DNA of 63,475 nt, the filler included, from Nemertoderma westbladi (lineage: Eukaryota > Animalia > Xenacoelomorpha), in assembly GCA_032718475.1 (NCBI GenBank). It is 3 parts of 3 records of this genome, joined end to end, with 100 filler letters (N's around TTAATTAATTAA, not from the genome) between each part and the next. Parts side by side here need not be neighbours in the genome. Positions count along the whole stretch, not along the records: positions 1 to 29,000 come from JAUCBJ010007995.1; 2 more parts are not named here. The stretch is one strand, 5' to 3'. Shown in pieces: positions 1 through 12,757 of this stretch; position 1 is the first letter of the stretch; each line of letters opens with the position of its first letter. The position numbers were made by a program, and so were the translations under genes. The notes beneath the pieces were generated by a model. The model made no database searches and had not been told where the DNA came from. It saw only the letters and a list, made by a program, of their open reading frames with translations.

Positions 1-247
1 TAGCGATCAATCGAATAATACAGTAGGCTTACACTGCAACCTTACACTGCAATAATAAAATCTAAGCATCCGAATTCAGCCTCCCGGGTGTAGATCCATC
101 GGGTGAATGATCGCGCATGGGCTGGCTTCGGCTAATGTTTTGTTTATTAGCATAAAATATTGTCGTATGCTAAAGGTGTGTTAATTAACTAAAAGACATA
201 TAAATTTTGGCAGGTTAAACTGCTAAAGGTCTTCAAAAGCGCGAACA
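1..247 (+). mobile_element. 3' part of an LTR of the family seen complete at 47637-48845
   Basis: Near-identical to 52780-53024 and similar to 48620-48845; ends in ...CAAAAGCGCGAACA like the TSD-flanked copy. Confidence 0.75.
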
Positions 248-679
248 CCTACGGTGCGCAGTACAACGGCAGTACAGCAATACGGTGTACCGTGCCAATG
301 ACTGAATGATTAGCGGTAACTACTGAACTATCTAAACTATTATATTATTATTACCGGTACTAGGCTAATTAGGCCTAAACTATAATCACCGCAAGGGTTT
401 CCGGGGCCATGTTTAATTAGATTTCATGATATGGCATGTCTGCAGTGTATGGTACCGGCTGACCTGTATTGCAGTAATGACTGATTGCAGAATTCTCGAT
501 TCAGGAATTGAGTACAGCCTGACAGTACCGGTACAAATGGTACATGCAGATTAGCAGACAGCCCCTATGTTTTGCAAAATTTGTCAGAAAACCAGCTGAT
601 TTATCCTACAGTAATAATAATTTAACGCATGTTAATTTTGGATAAATAAATATATTATAACTACAATAACAGTTACACT

Positions 680-912
680 GATGCTGCACGAAGGCCCCAC
701 GCAAATTCTACTTGGAAAATTTTCAAACTTTTGCCAAACAACATGTGTACCAAGTTTGGATAGATTTCATCAAGGATTGGCCGAGTTATTAACGTTTAAA
801 ATAAAATACTGAAAAAAAACGCGACAGAACGACAGAACGACAGAACGACAGAACGACAGGTTGATTAATGGTACCCCTGCGCTAAGGCTACTCACTTCGT
901 GGCTCGCCCCAC
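680..912. mobile_element. Helentron/DINE-1-like non-autonomous element fragment
   Basis: Half-palindrome cgaaggccccacg (reverse complement at ~22191), (GACAGAAC)n microsatellite at ~822-859, and end motif aaggct...tcgcccca shared with ~23660-23686. Confidence 0.4.
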
Positions 913-1221
913 AGTCTGTAAAGGTTTAATAGAAAAATAGTCTAAATGGAATTAAGTCGTGTTTTTAGTAAAAATAGGGTTTTAGTCGAATAAAGTATTT
1001 GAAAATAAGTCGTAAAATACTTGGTGCGGCTTAACGCTATTAGAAACTTGGCAATAGTGCAAACACCAGGTTACTTTCGGTGTCCAAACCGGGGCGGGAC
1101 CGATTGGATGCAGGAAGTTGGCTGCTACTTTGTCCTACGACTCAGATGTTTGACCGAAGGTTGCTCCAATGAGCCTACGGGCAGAGGGCGCATGCACTAA
1201 TGTAAGGTAGATGCTAAAATG

Positions 1222-2680
1222 CACAACGAGCAACAATGACCAACAACGAGCAACGACGAGCAACAATGAGCAACAACGAGCAACAATGAGCAACAACGAG
1301 CAACAATGAGCAACAGCGAGCAATAATAAAGTACAACAACGAGCAACAATGAGCAACAGCGAGCAATAATAAAGTACAACAACGAGCAACAATGAGCAAC
1401 AACGAACAACAATGATCAACAATGAGCAACAACGAGCAACAATGAGCAACAACGAGCAACAATGAGCAACAACGAGCAACAATGTGCAACATTGAGCAAT
1501 AATAAAGTACAACAACGAGCAACAATGAGCAACAGCGAGCAATAATAAAGTACAACAACGAGCAACAATGAGCAACATCGAACAACAATGAGCAACAATG
1601 AGAAACAACGAGCAACAATGAGCAACAGCAAGCAATAATAAAGTACAACAACGAGCAACAATGAGCAACAGCGAGCAATAATAAAGTACAACAACGAGCA
1701 ACAATGAGCAACATCGAACAACAATGAGCAACAATGAGAAACAACGAGCAACAATGAGCAACAGCGAGCAATAATAAAGTACAACAACGAGCAACAATGA
1801 GCAACAACGAGCAACAATGAGAAACAACGAGCAACAATGAGCAACAGCGAGCAATAATAAAGTACAACAACGAGCAACAATGAGCAACAACGAACAACAA
1901 TGAGCAACAATGAGAAACAACGAGCAACAATGAGCAACAGCGAGCAATAATAAAGTACAACAACGAGCAACAATGAGCAACAACGAACAACAATGAGCAA
2001 CAATGAGAAACAACGAGCAACAATGAGCAACAGCGAGCAATAATAAAGTACAACAACGAGCAACAATGAGCAACAACGAGCAACAATGAGAAACAACGAG
2101 CAACAATGAGCAACAGCGAGCAATAATAAAGTACAACAACGAGCAATAATGAGCAACAACGAACAACAATGAACAACAACGAGCAACAATGAGCAACAGC
2201 GAGCAATAATAAAGTACAACAACGAGCAACAATGAGCAACAACGAACAACAATGAGCAACAATGAGAAACAACGAGCAACAATGAGCAACAGCGAGCAAT
2301 AATAAAGTACAACAACGAGCAACAATGAGCAACAACGAGCAACAATGAGAAACAACGAGCAACAATGAGCAACAGCGAGCAATAATAAAGTACAACAACG
2401 AGCAACAATGAGCAACAACGAACAACAATGAGCAACAATGAGAAACAACGAGCAACAATGAGCAACAGCGAACAATAATAAAGTACAACAACGAGCAACA
2501 ATGAGCAACAACGAACAACAATGAGCAACAATGAGAAACAACGAGCAACAATGAGCAACAGCGAGCAATAATAAAGTACAACAACGAGCAACAATGAGCA
2601 ACAACGAGCAACAATGAGAAACAACGAGCAACAATGAGCAATAACGAGCAATAATAAAGTACAAGAACGAGCAACAATGA
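1222..2680 (+). repeat. 10-bp minisatellite (GAGCAACAAY)n with 43/83/93-bp higher-order units
   Basis: 10-bp periodicity directly visible; the marker AATAATAAAGTAC recurs at 83- or 93-bp spacing between 1853 and 2650. Confidence 0.95.
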
Positions 2681-3467
2681 TACTAGCAGTATAATGTATC
2701 CCAGTAATCCCGAATATATATGTCTGTATGTAGGATATAAATAAATTCCCAACCAAGAACTTAATAAAAAACGCTTCCATACCCTCAATGTCATCAAGAT
2801 GGTGCACAATACTGCTATACCGGGACTGGTAGGCCTACAAATATTTATCAGTTTACCTGATTTCAATCTATCAGTCTTGTTCTGTTCGGATAGTGTCGTT
2901 GAAACTTACCGGTACCGCGGTACTAACAAAACCTAATGCTGGAGATAATTAATGAATTGCCGTAAAGTCATGTAGTTCTATTGTCGGTACATACAATGCG
3001 GTTTCAGGGCCCTCTCGCCTCTTAACTTATAATCTGGTTCTGACTATCTGATGTCCGGTACTGTGAAGTGAAGTGTGAACTGGTTTTCGTATTATTATTT
3101 CGTATTTTATACAGTTCGACAGTGACCTGATTGCCCGGCAGTCCTGAAGTCTGCATAGCGTTCTATATTACAGACTACTGTATAGCTTGTTGGATGGGGT
3201 AGGCCATGTCTATTTTGTATTTGATTTATTATTTAGGTTACTGGGTTAAGGTTAGTCAGTTAGTTGCTCAGGAGTCACAGGGAAGTGGCTACTGACCGAA
3301 CCGGACACTCTAAATACCGTATTGAAGCTTTATATTTGATTTATATTTTACTTGTGTATTATTGACCGGATTATTACCTCAGCTTTTTGTGACCGGACCC
3401 ATAATCTTGTAACATGTCTTAACTTTCGTTGATTGTTTTGGTTACCACCAAAATTTATTGCTATTTT

Positions 3468-3634
3468 GGTTGCTCATTGTTGCTCATTGTTGCTCATTAT
3501 TGCTCGTTGTTGCTCATTGTTGCTCGTTGTTGCTCATTGGTGCACGTTGTTACTCATTGTTGCTCGTTGTTGCTAATTGTTACTCGTTGTTGTACTTTAT
3601 TATCGCTCGTTGTTGCTCATTGTTGCTCATTGTG
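3468..3634 (-). repeat. Inverted short copy of the 10-bp minisatellite (right arm)
   Basis: (TTGCTCRTTG)n, reverse complement of the 1222-2680 array, including a TGTACTTTATTAT variant. Confidence 0.9.
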
Positions 3635-4798
3635 CATTTTAGCACCAACCCTACTGTAAACTGACAAAAGAGTCAAACCCGGGGGGTTGGCTGCTACTTT
3701 ATCCTACGACTCAAAGGTCTGACCGAGGTCGCGCCGATGAGCCTGCGGGCAGAGTGCGCAAGCACAGCACTAGAGGTCTTGTTTTCCAAAGCTCTGTCTC
3801 AGCGGGAACTACCCCCGCTCCTAAGCCCCACCAACATTAGGCGAAGTAAAGGTGGGTATAGGAACATACCAGCCCGACTGATGAGAACTGAGCCAAGGGC
3901 TGCCATCTACAAAGAGTTACTGACTGTTGTATTATTGAAATGTGGCCCCTTATAAACCCGGTATTCAGGGTCAATAAGGAGTTGACCCCTAATTATCACT
4001 TTCTAAGGATAGTGGTCTTTCTTTAGCAAGAATCTGTTAAATACACGTTGAAGTTATAATTGAAATTGACAGGTAAACTGTCCAATAAACGTATACACTG
4101 AACTTTATGTCACTGGGAGTTATTATTGGATATAATAATTCCCTGGTTGATGTATAAGAGGATTGGGCCGGCTAATGAGAGTGAGGCTCTCCCATTGGGT
4201 GGAGATAATTGGGAGAGTTGCCAGGGGAGATATTGCTGACTGGTGGGTTTATTGGTGTTTGAGGGTGACTGTAAAGGGCAAGGGACGTTGGATATTGGAT
4301 GGCAATGATAGGAGGTTTGAATAAGTGATGTGGATGGGGAATGATATGGAAATTTTTATACTGCATCTAAAATTATTATCACGAGGGAGTGTGTTTTTAT
4401 ATTGCTGATTACGAAGCCGTGACAAATCGATTACACTCCCCCCATGGTAAATTTCGTAAAAAAATTGGTTATAAAAGAAAAGGTTTCTGAGCCAAGACTT
4501 TGGAAATTTGAAAAATAGTTCTGTCCTGCAAAAATAAACTGCACTGCATGACTGCCTGGTGTTTGCTTTGAATTTTGACCAAACATATATGCGGTTTAGT
4601 TTTGAGGTTATTTAAATACACATCTGTAGACTGCCACATATAATAATCAATGTCGAACAACATATACAATCAAACAAGTTACTGTAACTAAACTGTCACC
4701 TGTAAACTGCTTTCCTATATAGCTATATAACACAACTAAGAGTTACACAATATTCATAAGGCTCAATCATTGAACAAGGGTCAATCAGTGAACAAGGG

Positions 4799-6232
4799 TC
4801 AATCAGTCACTAAACTTCCCCCCCTCATCTTAGGTGGACGACCTCTTGGTCGAGGAAATTGAGAATGCTGGATAACGTGTGTGCATAGTCTCAAATTGTC
4901 GATGTGAATCACTTGATTCCACGTGGGTCTGTCATGTATCGAAATACGGACATTAACTGGACCTATATGTTCTGTTACAACGTAAGGTCCATCCCATCGT
5001 GGTATTAGACTAGATGCCAAGCCTGGAGATGTTGGAGGTAAATGTGTCCGCCATACCTTATCCCCGACACAGAATTTCCGCTCTTCAGCTTTGTATATCT
5101 TGTCATGATATTCGTGTTGTCTGCGACGAAAGATTCACGTTTTGTGCATAACATTATCTAGTTTAACTTGGTTAATCGGTTTATCATTTATAATTCCCAA
5201 CCAGGATAGAGCTGGTATAGGTGAGTGAACTTGATTTACCACGTCCATTGGAGATAAACCTAGACTTTTATGTACAGAGTGATTGTAAGTAGAAACAAAT
5301 GAATCAATATGACAGTCCCATGAAGTTTGAGTACCATCTTTAGTTTCTACTAATTGCGCTCTAATTTGGTCCTTTATGGTTCTGACCAACCTCTCTGCCA
5401 TACCATCACACTGAGGGTGGTATGGACTGGTTACTGTATTGTTGATTTTCTGTTGGCGACAAAAGTTTTTAAACTCATTTGAAATAAAGCATCGTCCTTG
5501 ATCTGTCAATATGGTTTTTATTTCTAGGGGCTTTTGACATTTTCTAATCAATTTCATTAAACCTCCAATGACAGTTGTTGAAGTTGTGTTACCTACTGCG
5601 AACACATCTAGAAACCGAGAGAAATGATCTACGACAACAAGCAAATGAGTGTTTCCAGTAGAAGACTTTGGGAAAGGGCCACAGAAATCCATAGCAACCC
5701 GCTCATAAGGTCTTGTAACCTCAGGTAGGGATTGCAGTGGCATCGGTGCTGGTGGTAAAACCTTTGTGCGAAGACACACATCACAATTTTTTAAGTAAGT
5801 CTTTAACTCCTTATGCATATTTGGCCAATAGCATTCCCGTTGTAATAATGATAACGTTTTCTCATAACCCAGGTGAGCACTATTGTAACCATGAACAGAT
5901 TTGACAACTTTAGAACGAAGTCCTTTGGGCACAAATAACCTGGATTTATAAGTGTATATCCCTTCAACAGTTTTAGTGAATCAATAATTAATTCGGTCAA
6001 ATTCGCTGTCAGCTTCTTGAAGCTGAATGAGTTCCTCTTTCGAAAGTTGCTTTAATCCCCCATTTTCACTCTCATCAAGCACAAACACATCCATATATGA
6101 ACAATTACTAGGCAACCTAGAAAGCGCATCTGCCACTTGATTAGAAGACCCCTTTTCGTGTTTGATAGATTTTAATCCTTCAAACTCTAGAACTCTAGAT
6201 GTCCATCCTCTGAGGCAAGAGGTATCTGCCAA
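4799..6232 (-). pseudogene. Gypsy RNase H C-terminus plus integrase, frameshifted
   Basis: NQVADALSR; H..AHLG...CDVC zinc finger; MDFCGP, LTDQG, PYHPQCDGMAER DDE core; WDGPY GPY/F motif. Confidence 0.9.
4815..4832 (-). other. Polypurine tract of the Gypsy element
   Basis: Minus-strand AAGATGAGGGGGGGAAG directly abuts the 3' LTR. Confidence 0.8.
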
Positions 6233-6585
6233 AATCCAGATGCCAAATCTATTGATGAAAAATATTTCGCTCCGTATAGTTTATCTAATAAATCAGAAAT
6301 TCGTGGTAATGGAAATGCATCTTTCTCTGTTACAGCATTCAGTGCACGGAAATCTACGCACACTCTGTCGTTTCCATCAGGCTTCTTAACAATAACCAAA
6401 GGTGATGAATATGGTGAGGAAGAAGGAGTGATAATATCCTTATCCAGCATATCTTTAATATTAGACTCTAGGAGATCTCTTTTAGCCAAAGGAACATGGT
6501 ATGGCCTCTGAAATATTGGTATCTCAGATTTAGTTTTTATGTGATGTTCCACAAGGTTTGTACGCCCAAGTGGTGGTTCAAACAA
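6187..6585 (-). pseudogene. Gypsy reverse transcriptase N-terminal fragment
   Basis: SSSPYSSPLVIVKKPDG..RVCVDFRALN..DAFPLPRI..IDLASGFWQIPL; the YxDD region is missing. Confidence 0.9.
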
Positions 6586-6740
6586 ATCATTATATTCCTT
6601 TGTTAGAAAGTAAAATGTTTCTAAATGTTCACTGGGAACATCTCTATTTATAGTACATTTCTTGATTAAATTTATTGTGACAACTTTATCATTTACTGAA
6701 AGAGAAGAAGGAATACTATCCGAAAATTTTAGTGTTACAT

Positions 6741-7070
6741 TTAGAGCACGTAGTCCATTGACCCCAAGAATGCATGGTGAGCCGAATCTGTGGCCATGAA
6801 AACGTCTACATCGGCCTTATAAGTGCCTATTTGAATTGGAATTTGACAACGACCTCGAACATTACGGGGTACACCATTCGCAGTTTTTAAGATGAACTGA
6901 GTTGGCTTTAACTGATTTTCAGTAACTAATGAAGAGTGCAGAATTGTAGAGGATGCACCAGAGTCCATCAGTATCTCGCAAATCTGCCCATTGATAGTTT
7001 CTTTAACAAAGAATCGACCTTGAGTTCTCTCATGGGCTATCACAGCAACAGTGGTGTCGCCCACCATCAC
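6741..7070 (-). pseudogene. Gypsy aspartic protease
   Basis: ILMDSGAS active-site motif plus LKTANG and FLG motifs. Confidence 0.85.
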
Positions 7071-7177
7071 TGTTGTTGGAAGTTTAAATCAACCGCAGAA
7101 GATTGTTGCATAGAATCCGAAATGTACTTAGCGTCAGTCGTAGCTGGTTGATACTGGTTATAATCTTGAGAGTGCTC

Positions 7178-8017
7178 TTATAATCTTGAGTACTGGAAAC
7201 CATTGATTGATTGTTCCATCGTATTATTAAATGCCTGTTCTGTAACTGGTGCAACACTAGCGCGATAATTTGTTGGATTTTGGAAGTGTTGAATATGGGG
7301 TGCTCGAAAATATTGATAACGAGGTTGTTGAAACCGTGGTGGTCTCATATTTTGCCGCATTCCCTCAGTGGCCTGAGGTCTATAGCCTTGTTTTAGTTGT
7401 TGGGTTTTTGAAGGACAATCTCGTTGTATATGGCCACGACCTCGACAACAGTAGCAGAGGATTGACTCACGTATCTGAGCATTTGCGCCAGAAAACCTAA
7501 CAGCATCAACCTCATCTTCATAGTTAAGGTATTCATTATCTGCTACAGACAAAGACGATATTGATGGAGATTGCTTATATGATGACTTCAATTCCTCATT
7601 TCGCGCCAGAGAGAAGGCACTCTCTAAATTTCCTGGATCCTTCAAGGTAAGTTTCTCCTGCAATTCGTCACGTAGACCAGCAACAAAGACGGAAACTGCA
7701 AAATTATTCCTATGGGTTACTGCAATACTTAGTATAGTTAGTATACTATATAAGCAATACTTAGTTAGCTTTGTATATAGATTTACTTCGATGTCATCGA
7801 AAGTGGGAAGACTGGTATCCAAGAGAACACGAATCTTGTAAGGAACATAAGCAGACAAACGACGAATTCCCTCTTGATCAGCCCAGCCATTTACGGTGCA
7901 AGACAGGCGGAAATCGCGAAAGCAATTTTCGATAGATTCGCGGTCCTCATTTGCTAACTTTGGTGGAACTTCAAAATGCGTTTGTATTAATAGTTTGCCT
8001 GGCTTATTGTCTTCCAT
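7178..8017 (-). pseudogene. Gypsy gag with CCHC zinc knuckle
   Basis: FVAGL motif and CYCCRGRGHIQRDC knuckle; lies just downstream of the PBS. Confidence 0.85.
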
Positions 8018-8073
8018 TCTGGTTGTGAATGTTGATAATTTGTTCTTCGGCTGGTAAATTGATATTGATCAAT

Positions 8074-8093
8074 GAATCCCACTTCTGACACCA
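8074..8093 (-). other. Primer-binding site complementary to the 3' end of tRNA-Leu
   Basis: Minus-strand TGGTGTCAGAAGTGGGATTC, 1 nt from the 5' LTR; matches the metazoan tRNA-Leu(CAA/CAG) 3' end GAATCCCACTTCTGACACCA. Confidence 0.85.
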
Positions 8094-8989
8094 GTGTAGA
8101 CTGCCACATATAATAATCAATGTCGAACAACATATACAATCAAACAAGTTACTGTAACTAAACTGTCACCTGTAAACTGCTTTCCTATACTAGCTATATA
8201 ACACAACTAAGAGTTACACAATATTCATAAGGGTCAATCAGTGAACAAGGGTCAATCAGTGAACAAGGGTCAATCAGTCACTACACATCACAAATTAAAT
8301 TTCTCCCCCAGAGGTAATTCATATAAATCAGTATAAATGAATTAAATTTTTCCTTCACCACACAAACAAGAAAAATCTTTTTACTACTGCCTTGTTCCAT
8401 GAAGGGAACTATAGAAGCAATCAAATATATATATATATAAAGGGTCCTAAATAATATGAGTCAGCCTAGAGTTCAATGGGGTCGGCCTGGAGTTCATATG
8501 TCGCAATCAAGATCTGACTCATCATCGAGTTTGTCTTATGTAGGAAGATATCAAGATCGTCGAGTTGGGGCTGATCTTTCTCCCATCATTATGTAACGAG
8601 TTTCAATGGTAGACATTTACCAGTGTTTATACCTTTGAAACGACCGCCGAAAAGTTTCGAAAGACGATATTGAGTTTGTTTTCCTTCAATAAGAGTTTGT
8701 CTCTATAGTCTATTGAGGAGTCCGTATCGATGGCTCGATGTCATTCGGCTTTTGGAAATGTTGACACGGAATCGCATGGCACCTATTGAGTCAATATATT
8801 ATTATATATTGTTATATAATGATTATACTTATTGAGTTATACAAATGATATAGAATCTGTTTACATTTACTACACGACCAATGATTGCCATGCCAACAAC
8901 GCAAACTGTAACAACACATTACAATTATAATTATTATACAATTATATTAAATTAAATGACTAAATTTTTTGAAACTTCACATATTTTAG

Positions 8990-9112
8990 ACATCGACGAA
9001 TGCCAAGATAACACTGATGGTTGTCATGAGAATGCCGACTGTACCAACATACCGGGTTCATTCGATTGTGCCTGCCAAGTGGGATACACAGGAGCTGGGA
9101 CGTCGTGTGTAG
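8990..9112 (+). CDS. Calcium-binding EGF-like exon (internal, phase 1-1)
   Basis: ttttAG|...|GTAAGT; 123 bp; DIDECQDNTDGCHENADCTNIPGSFDCACQVGYTGAGTSCV. Confidence 0.92.
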   Translation, partial: TSTNAKITLMVVMRMPTVPTYRVHSIVPAKWDTQELGRRV

Positions 9113-9153
9113 GTAAGTACTGTACAGTATAATGGGGAATTAATTTGTTTTAA

Positions 9154-10413
9154 CCCTATTACCAGTGGGGGGGGGGGGGGGGAATCGGCCTCTTCCTAGT
9201 TTTTAGTTGCTGTAACTATGCAACCACATTACGTACCGGCCCAATTTTTATTGAGAATTAGCCAAATTTAATGCCGCCTCTTTTGCAAAAAACGACGTTG
9301 CAATTGGATTTCTACTTCTCGATGTGGGTGCCGCCTCAAAATTTGGTCTCCAGCACCGAATTTTTTGAAATTTTCGAATTTTACAAAGTCATTCGTGATT
9401 TAGTAATTATTTATGTTTGGGCTATTTTTATTTATTTTTATTGGTTTGGATCACTCTAATGCTCTATACAAGTATGTAAGTGTAGTGGTACGTCATTTTT
9501 GGAGCACCAAAATTAGACCAAAACGAGGCACTTTAAAATTTCAAAATTACTTCATTCGGAAAGTTTACTAAAGTTTTGATTTCGAAGCATTTTTATTGGT
9601 TTTCAGGAGCGCTGAATCGATTGAAAGTAATATAGAAGCCTGAAGACTTAGTGGTTCGCCATTTTTGGTGCACCAAAATTTTTCATTTCATTTTTCAAAA
9701 TTTGAAGTGCCACGCCCTAATTTTGGTACATCAAAAATGGCTAACCTCTAAGTCTTCAGGCTTCTATATTACTTTCAATCGATTCAGCGGTCTAGAAAAC
9801 CTATATAAATGCTTTAAAATTTCAATTTTGTTTTATTTTCCGAATCTCGTATTTTTCAAAATTTGAAATGCCACGCCCTAATTTTGGTGCACCAAAAATG
9901 GCGAACCACTAAGTCTTCAGGCTTCTATATTACTTTCAGTCGATTCAGCGGCCCAGAAAACCTATAAAGATGCGTTGAAATAAAAAATGAGGGGCATTTT
10001 CTGAATATCTAATTTTTCAAAATTTGAAGTGCCACGCCCACTTCGTATGTGCACGAAAAATAGCATCCACTTCAATTTTTGGAAATGGAATATAATCACA
10101 TTCGATTCAGCGTCTTGAAAAACCTACTAAATCTAGCCAACACTGCCACATTGTTCGTTTTTAGAAAACGAAAAATTTTGTAATTTTGTCCTGGGACTAC
10201 TTTTATTTTTCATCAAAATTATGATTCCCTGCTTATGAAATTTTAACTTTTTAAGGTTTGGAAGTGTTCATCTATGATTGTTTCACCAACAGCCCAAATG
10301 TTGTAGGATTTCATTGGACGATTACAAAAATATAGTGGGTTGGCCAAATCGCCCCCCCCCCCCCCCCCCCCCCCAGTGGTGCTAATGGTCAAAACACCCC
10401 AGTGGTAATAGGG
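9154..10413. mobile_element. piggyBac-like non-autonomous element (family A)
   Basis: TTAA on both sides; TIR CCCTATTACCA(G/C)TGGGG; internal tandem and inverted subrepeats; related sequence at 62878-63475. Confidence 0.85.
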
Positions 10414-11181
10414 TTAACCCAGTAAAACCCAGACATCTAAAAACTCGAGGTATATAATTAACTAATATTTTCAGAACTAAGTCCAAATGGTCTAACTTAA
10501 ACATAGTTTCAACAACAGTATCAAAACTTTAACCAATCTCGATTTATTAGGTAGGGTACAAATGTAGTACTTGGGCGCTACGGGGTATTTATATATTAAT
10601 AAAAATAAACACCCATTTGTTTATAAAGGATAGACTTTTTGCAATATTGTCGATGTTATTAACTACTTTGGTGGGTGTAGAATGGAGTATACGCATACCA
10701 TAAGCAAATAAATGTTTAAAAATTTTTTAATTTAAAATTGAGTTAAAAATTTCAAGATAATGTAATTAGAATAGACATCAGGCTCCGTTCCCTCGCCAGT
10801 AGTAGTGAGTACTTGGTATCTGTTTATTTAGACACCCTGGACTGGGATTTATTGTCAGATACTGTACGAGCCCGTATACACTACTAGATCTTACAGTAAG
10901 ATACTTCGGTACTAGGATCCGGTAGGCGGTATACTACTGGACTTATCAATCAACGTAACTTGATATTTTGGTATCCAGCGCAAAGAAATTAACAACGAAA
11001 AGAGTTGTCTTGGGCAAAAAAATTTAATTTTTCAATTAACTTTCCTTATAGTTTTATTTTCAAATACTATTTTACAGTAGTCTCAGACAATATCATTGGC
11101 TACTTTATTTATAATATTTTATTTCTTTTTTTTAATTGACATTTATAATCACTACTTAGTCAGGATATCTTAGTTATTTAA

Positions 11182-12757
11182 CCCTATTAGTACCGGGCTA
11201 TAAAAGTTTGTACAAATACCGGGGGGGGGGGGGGGGGGGGGTCATATTGACCCTTCCCCCTCTAAAATCTACAAATATTTACGAAAACGTCTGATTTTTT
11301 GTTTGTACGTAGGTATCACTTGTCTGGATCCGACCGAAAAAAAACATTTTCGAAAAAATGTACTGGGGTGGTTATATTGCAGCACCAAAATTTCAAGTAG
11401 TGCACAATTTTCACAAAATTTGAAAGTTACATTTTCGGCTAATTATTTTTCAATACAGGTTTTCTGGGGTGCAAAATACATTGGAAAATATTTAAAATGA
11501 TATGATTACTATAAATGGCTGTTTAGTCCTCTCTGCGTAGGAAAAAAATGAAAAAAACAAGTAACCAGCACTTTTCAGTTAGAACACAAAATTTTTAATT
11601 CACTTATACGATGCTGTAAATTCACATTTTCAGGTTTTCGAGGGCGCTCACTCTAATGGAATACATTTCTAATATGCCAGATCATTGCTACTTGTATTTT
11701 TCGGCGTAATTTGGCAAATTTTGGTGCTAGCACCAAATTTCGTACCCAACACCAAAAAGTACAAGTTTGTGATGTCTAGTGCTGTTTATATTGATTCCAT
11801 CGGATTCAGGACCCTCATAAACCCGTATAACGCAAGAAACAAGGTGATACTATCTACTTATCAATTTGCATATTTTCCAAAATTTGGTGCTGGCACAACA
11901 ATTTTCACCCACCGGCGAAAAATACAAGTTTGAGTACTCTTATGAAATTTTTACTGATTCCATTGAATTCAGAACCATCACAAACCCGTATAACGCAAGA
12001 AACAAGTTGACACAATCAATTGATATATTTGATGGTTTTCAAAATTTGGTGCTAGCACCACATTTTGCACCCACATCCGAAAAATACAAGTTTGAGATGG
12101 CTAGTTCGATAATTATATTTTCCATTGAATTCAGAACAGCCATAAACCTCTAAAACGCAAGAAATGAATTGTCACAAGCAATTTTATCTATTGAATGGAT
12201 TTTCAAAATTTCGTGCTCGCACCAAAATTTGCACACAGCACCGAAAAATGCAAGTTTGATACGCTTGGTGCAACTCGTATATATTTCATCGAATTCAGAA
12301 CGCTAAAATACCCCAATTGCGTAAAAAACCACTTTCAAATAAACAATTTACAAAATTGACTTATTTCAAAATTTGGTGCTGGCACCAAAATTTGGCACCC
12401 ACCGAAAAAAACAAGTTTGAAATTTCTAAATTAATTTATATGAATTCCATCCAATTTCTAACACCAAAAAACCGGTGTAAATCAAAAATAGAGATGTTAC
12501 AATTCATATTTAATGAAATGTGATTTTCAAAAAACTTCTCAAAAAAAGTGCCAAAAGTAGGGTTAAAAAATGGTGCTATAACTCGAAAAGTACCCAATAT
12601 TTTTGTAAACGGTTTTCACTACTAGGAAGACAATAGATTTTTAGGAAAAGTCATAAAATTTCAGATTCCCAACTGCGTTTGTTTCAGAATTATAATAAAA
12701 AAACCACGGGGGAGGGGGGTCATATTGACCCCCCCCCCCCCCCAGGGTTTAATAGGG
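11182..12757. mobile_element. piggyBac-like non-autonomous element (family B)
   Basis: TTAA TSD; CCCTATTA...TAATAGGG termini; internal ~120-bp tandem units; highly similar copy at 39490-41043. Confidence 0.88.

Larger units (their letters stand above)
1205..3651. mobile_element. Foldback-like DNA element whose inverted arms are built from tandem repeats
   Basis: Left end AGGTAGATGCTAAAATGCACAACGAGCAAC matches the reverse complement of the right end GGGTTGGTGCTAAAATGCACAATGAGCAAC; TA on both sides (1203-1204, 3652-3653); non-coding ~790-bp spacer. Confidence 0.65.
4625..8285 (-). mobile_element. Ty3/Gypsy LTR retrotransposon, internally deleted
   Basis: ~190-bp LTRs at 4625-4814 and 8095-8285, 4-bp TSD CATC (4621-4624 / 8286-8289), PBS, PPT, and gag-PR-RT-(RH)-IN order. 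Confidence 0.95.

Noticed and set aside
1135-2866. Three 460-550-aa Cys/Leu-rich minus-strand ORFs
   Set aside because: Read-through of a stop-free 10-bp repeat, open in all three frames with the same peptide; not evidence of a gene
3840-3930. Hammerhead around CTGATGAG at ~3877
   Set aside because: No GAAA closing stem II and no convincing stem I
8074-8093. tRNA-Leu gene
   Set aside because: Only the 3' 20 nt including CCA, next to an LTR; it is a primer-binding site
11303-12523. Short ORFs conserved with 40022-40822
   Set aside because: The similarity reflects two copies of a non-coding MITE; there are no transposase motifs
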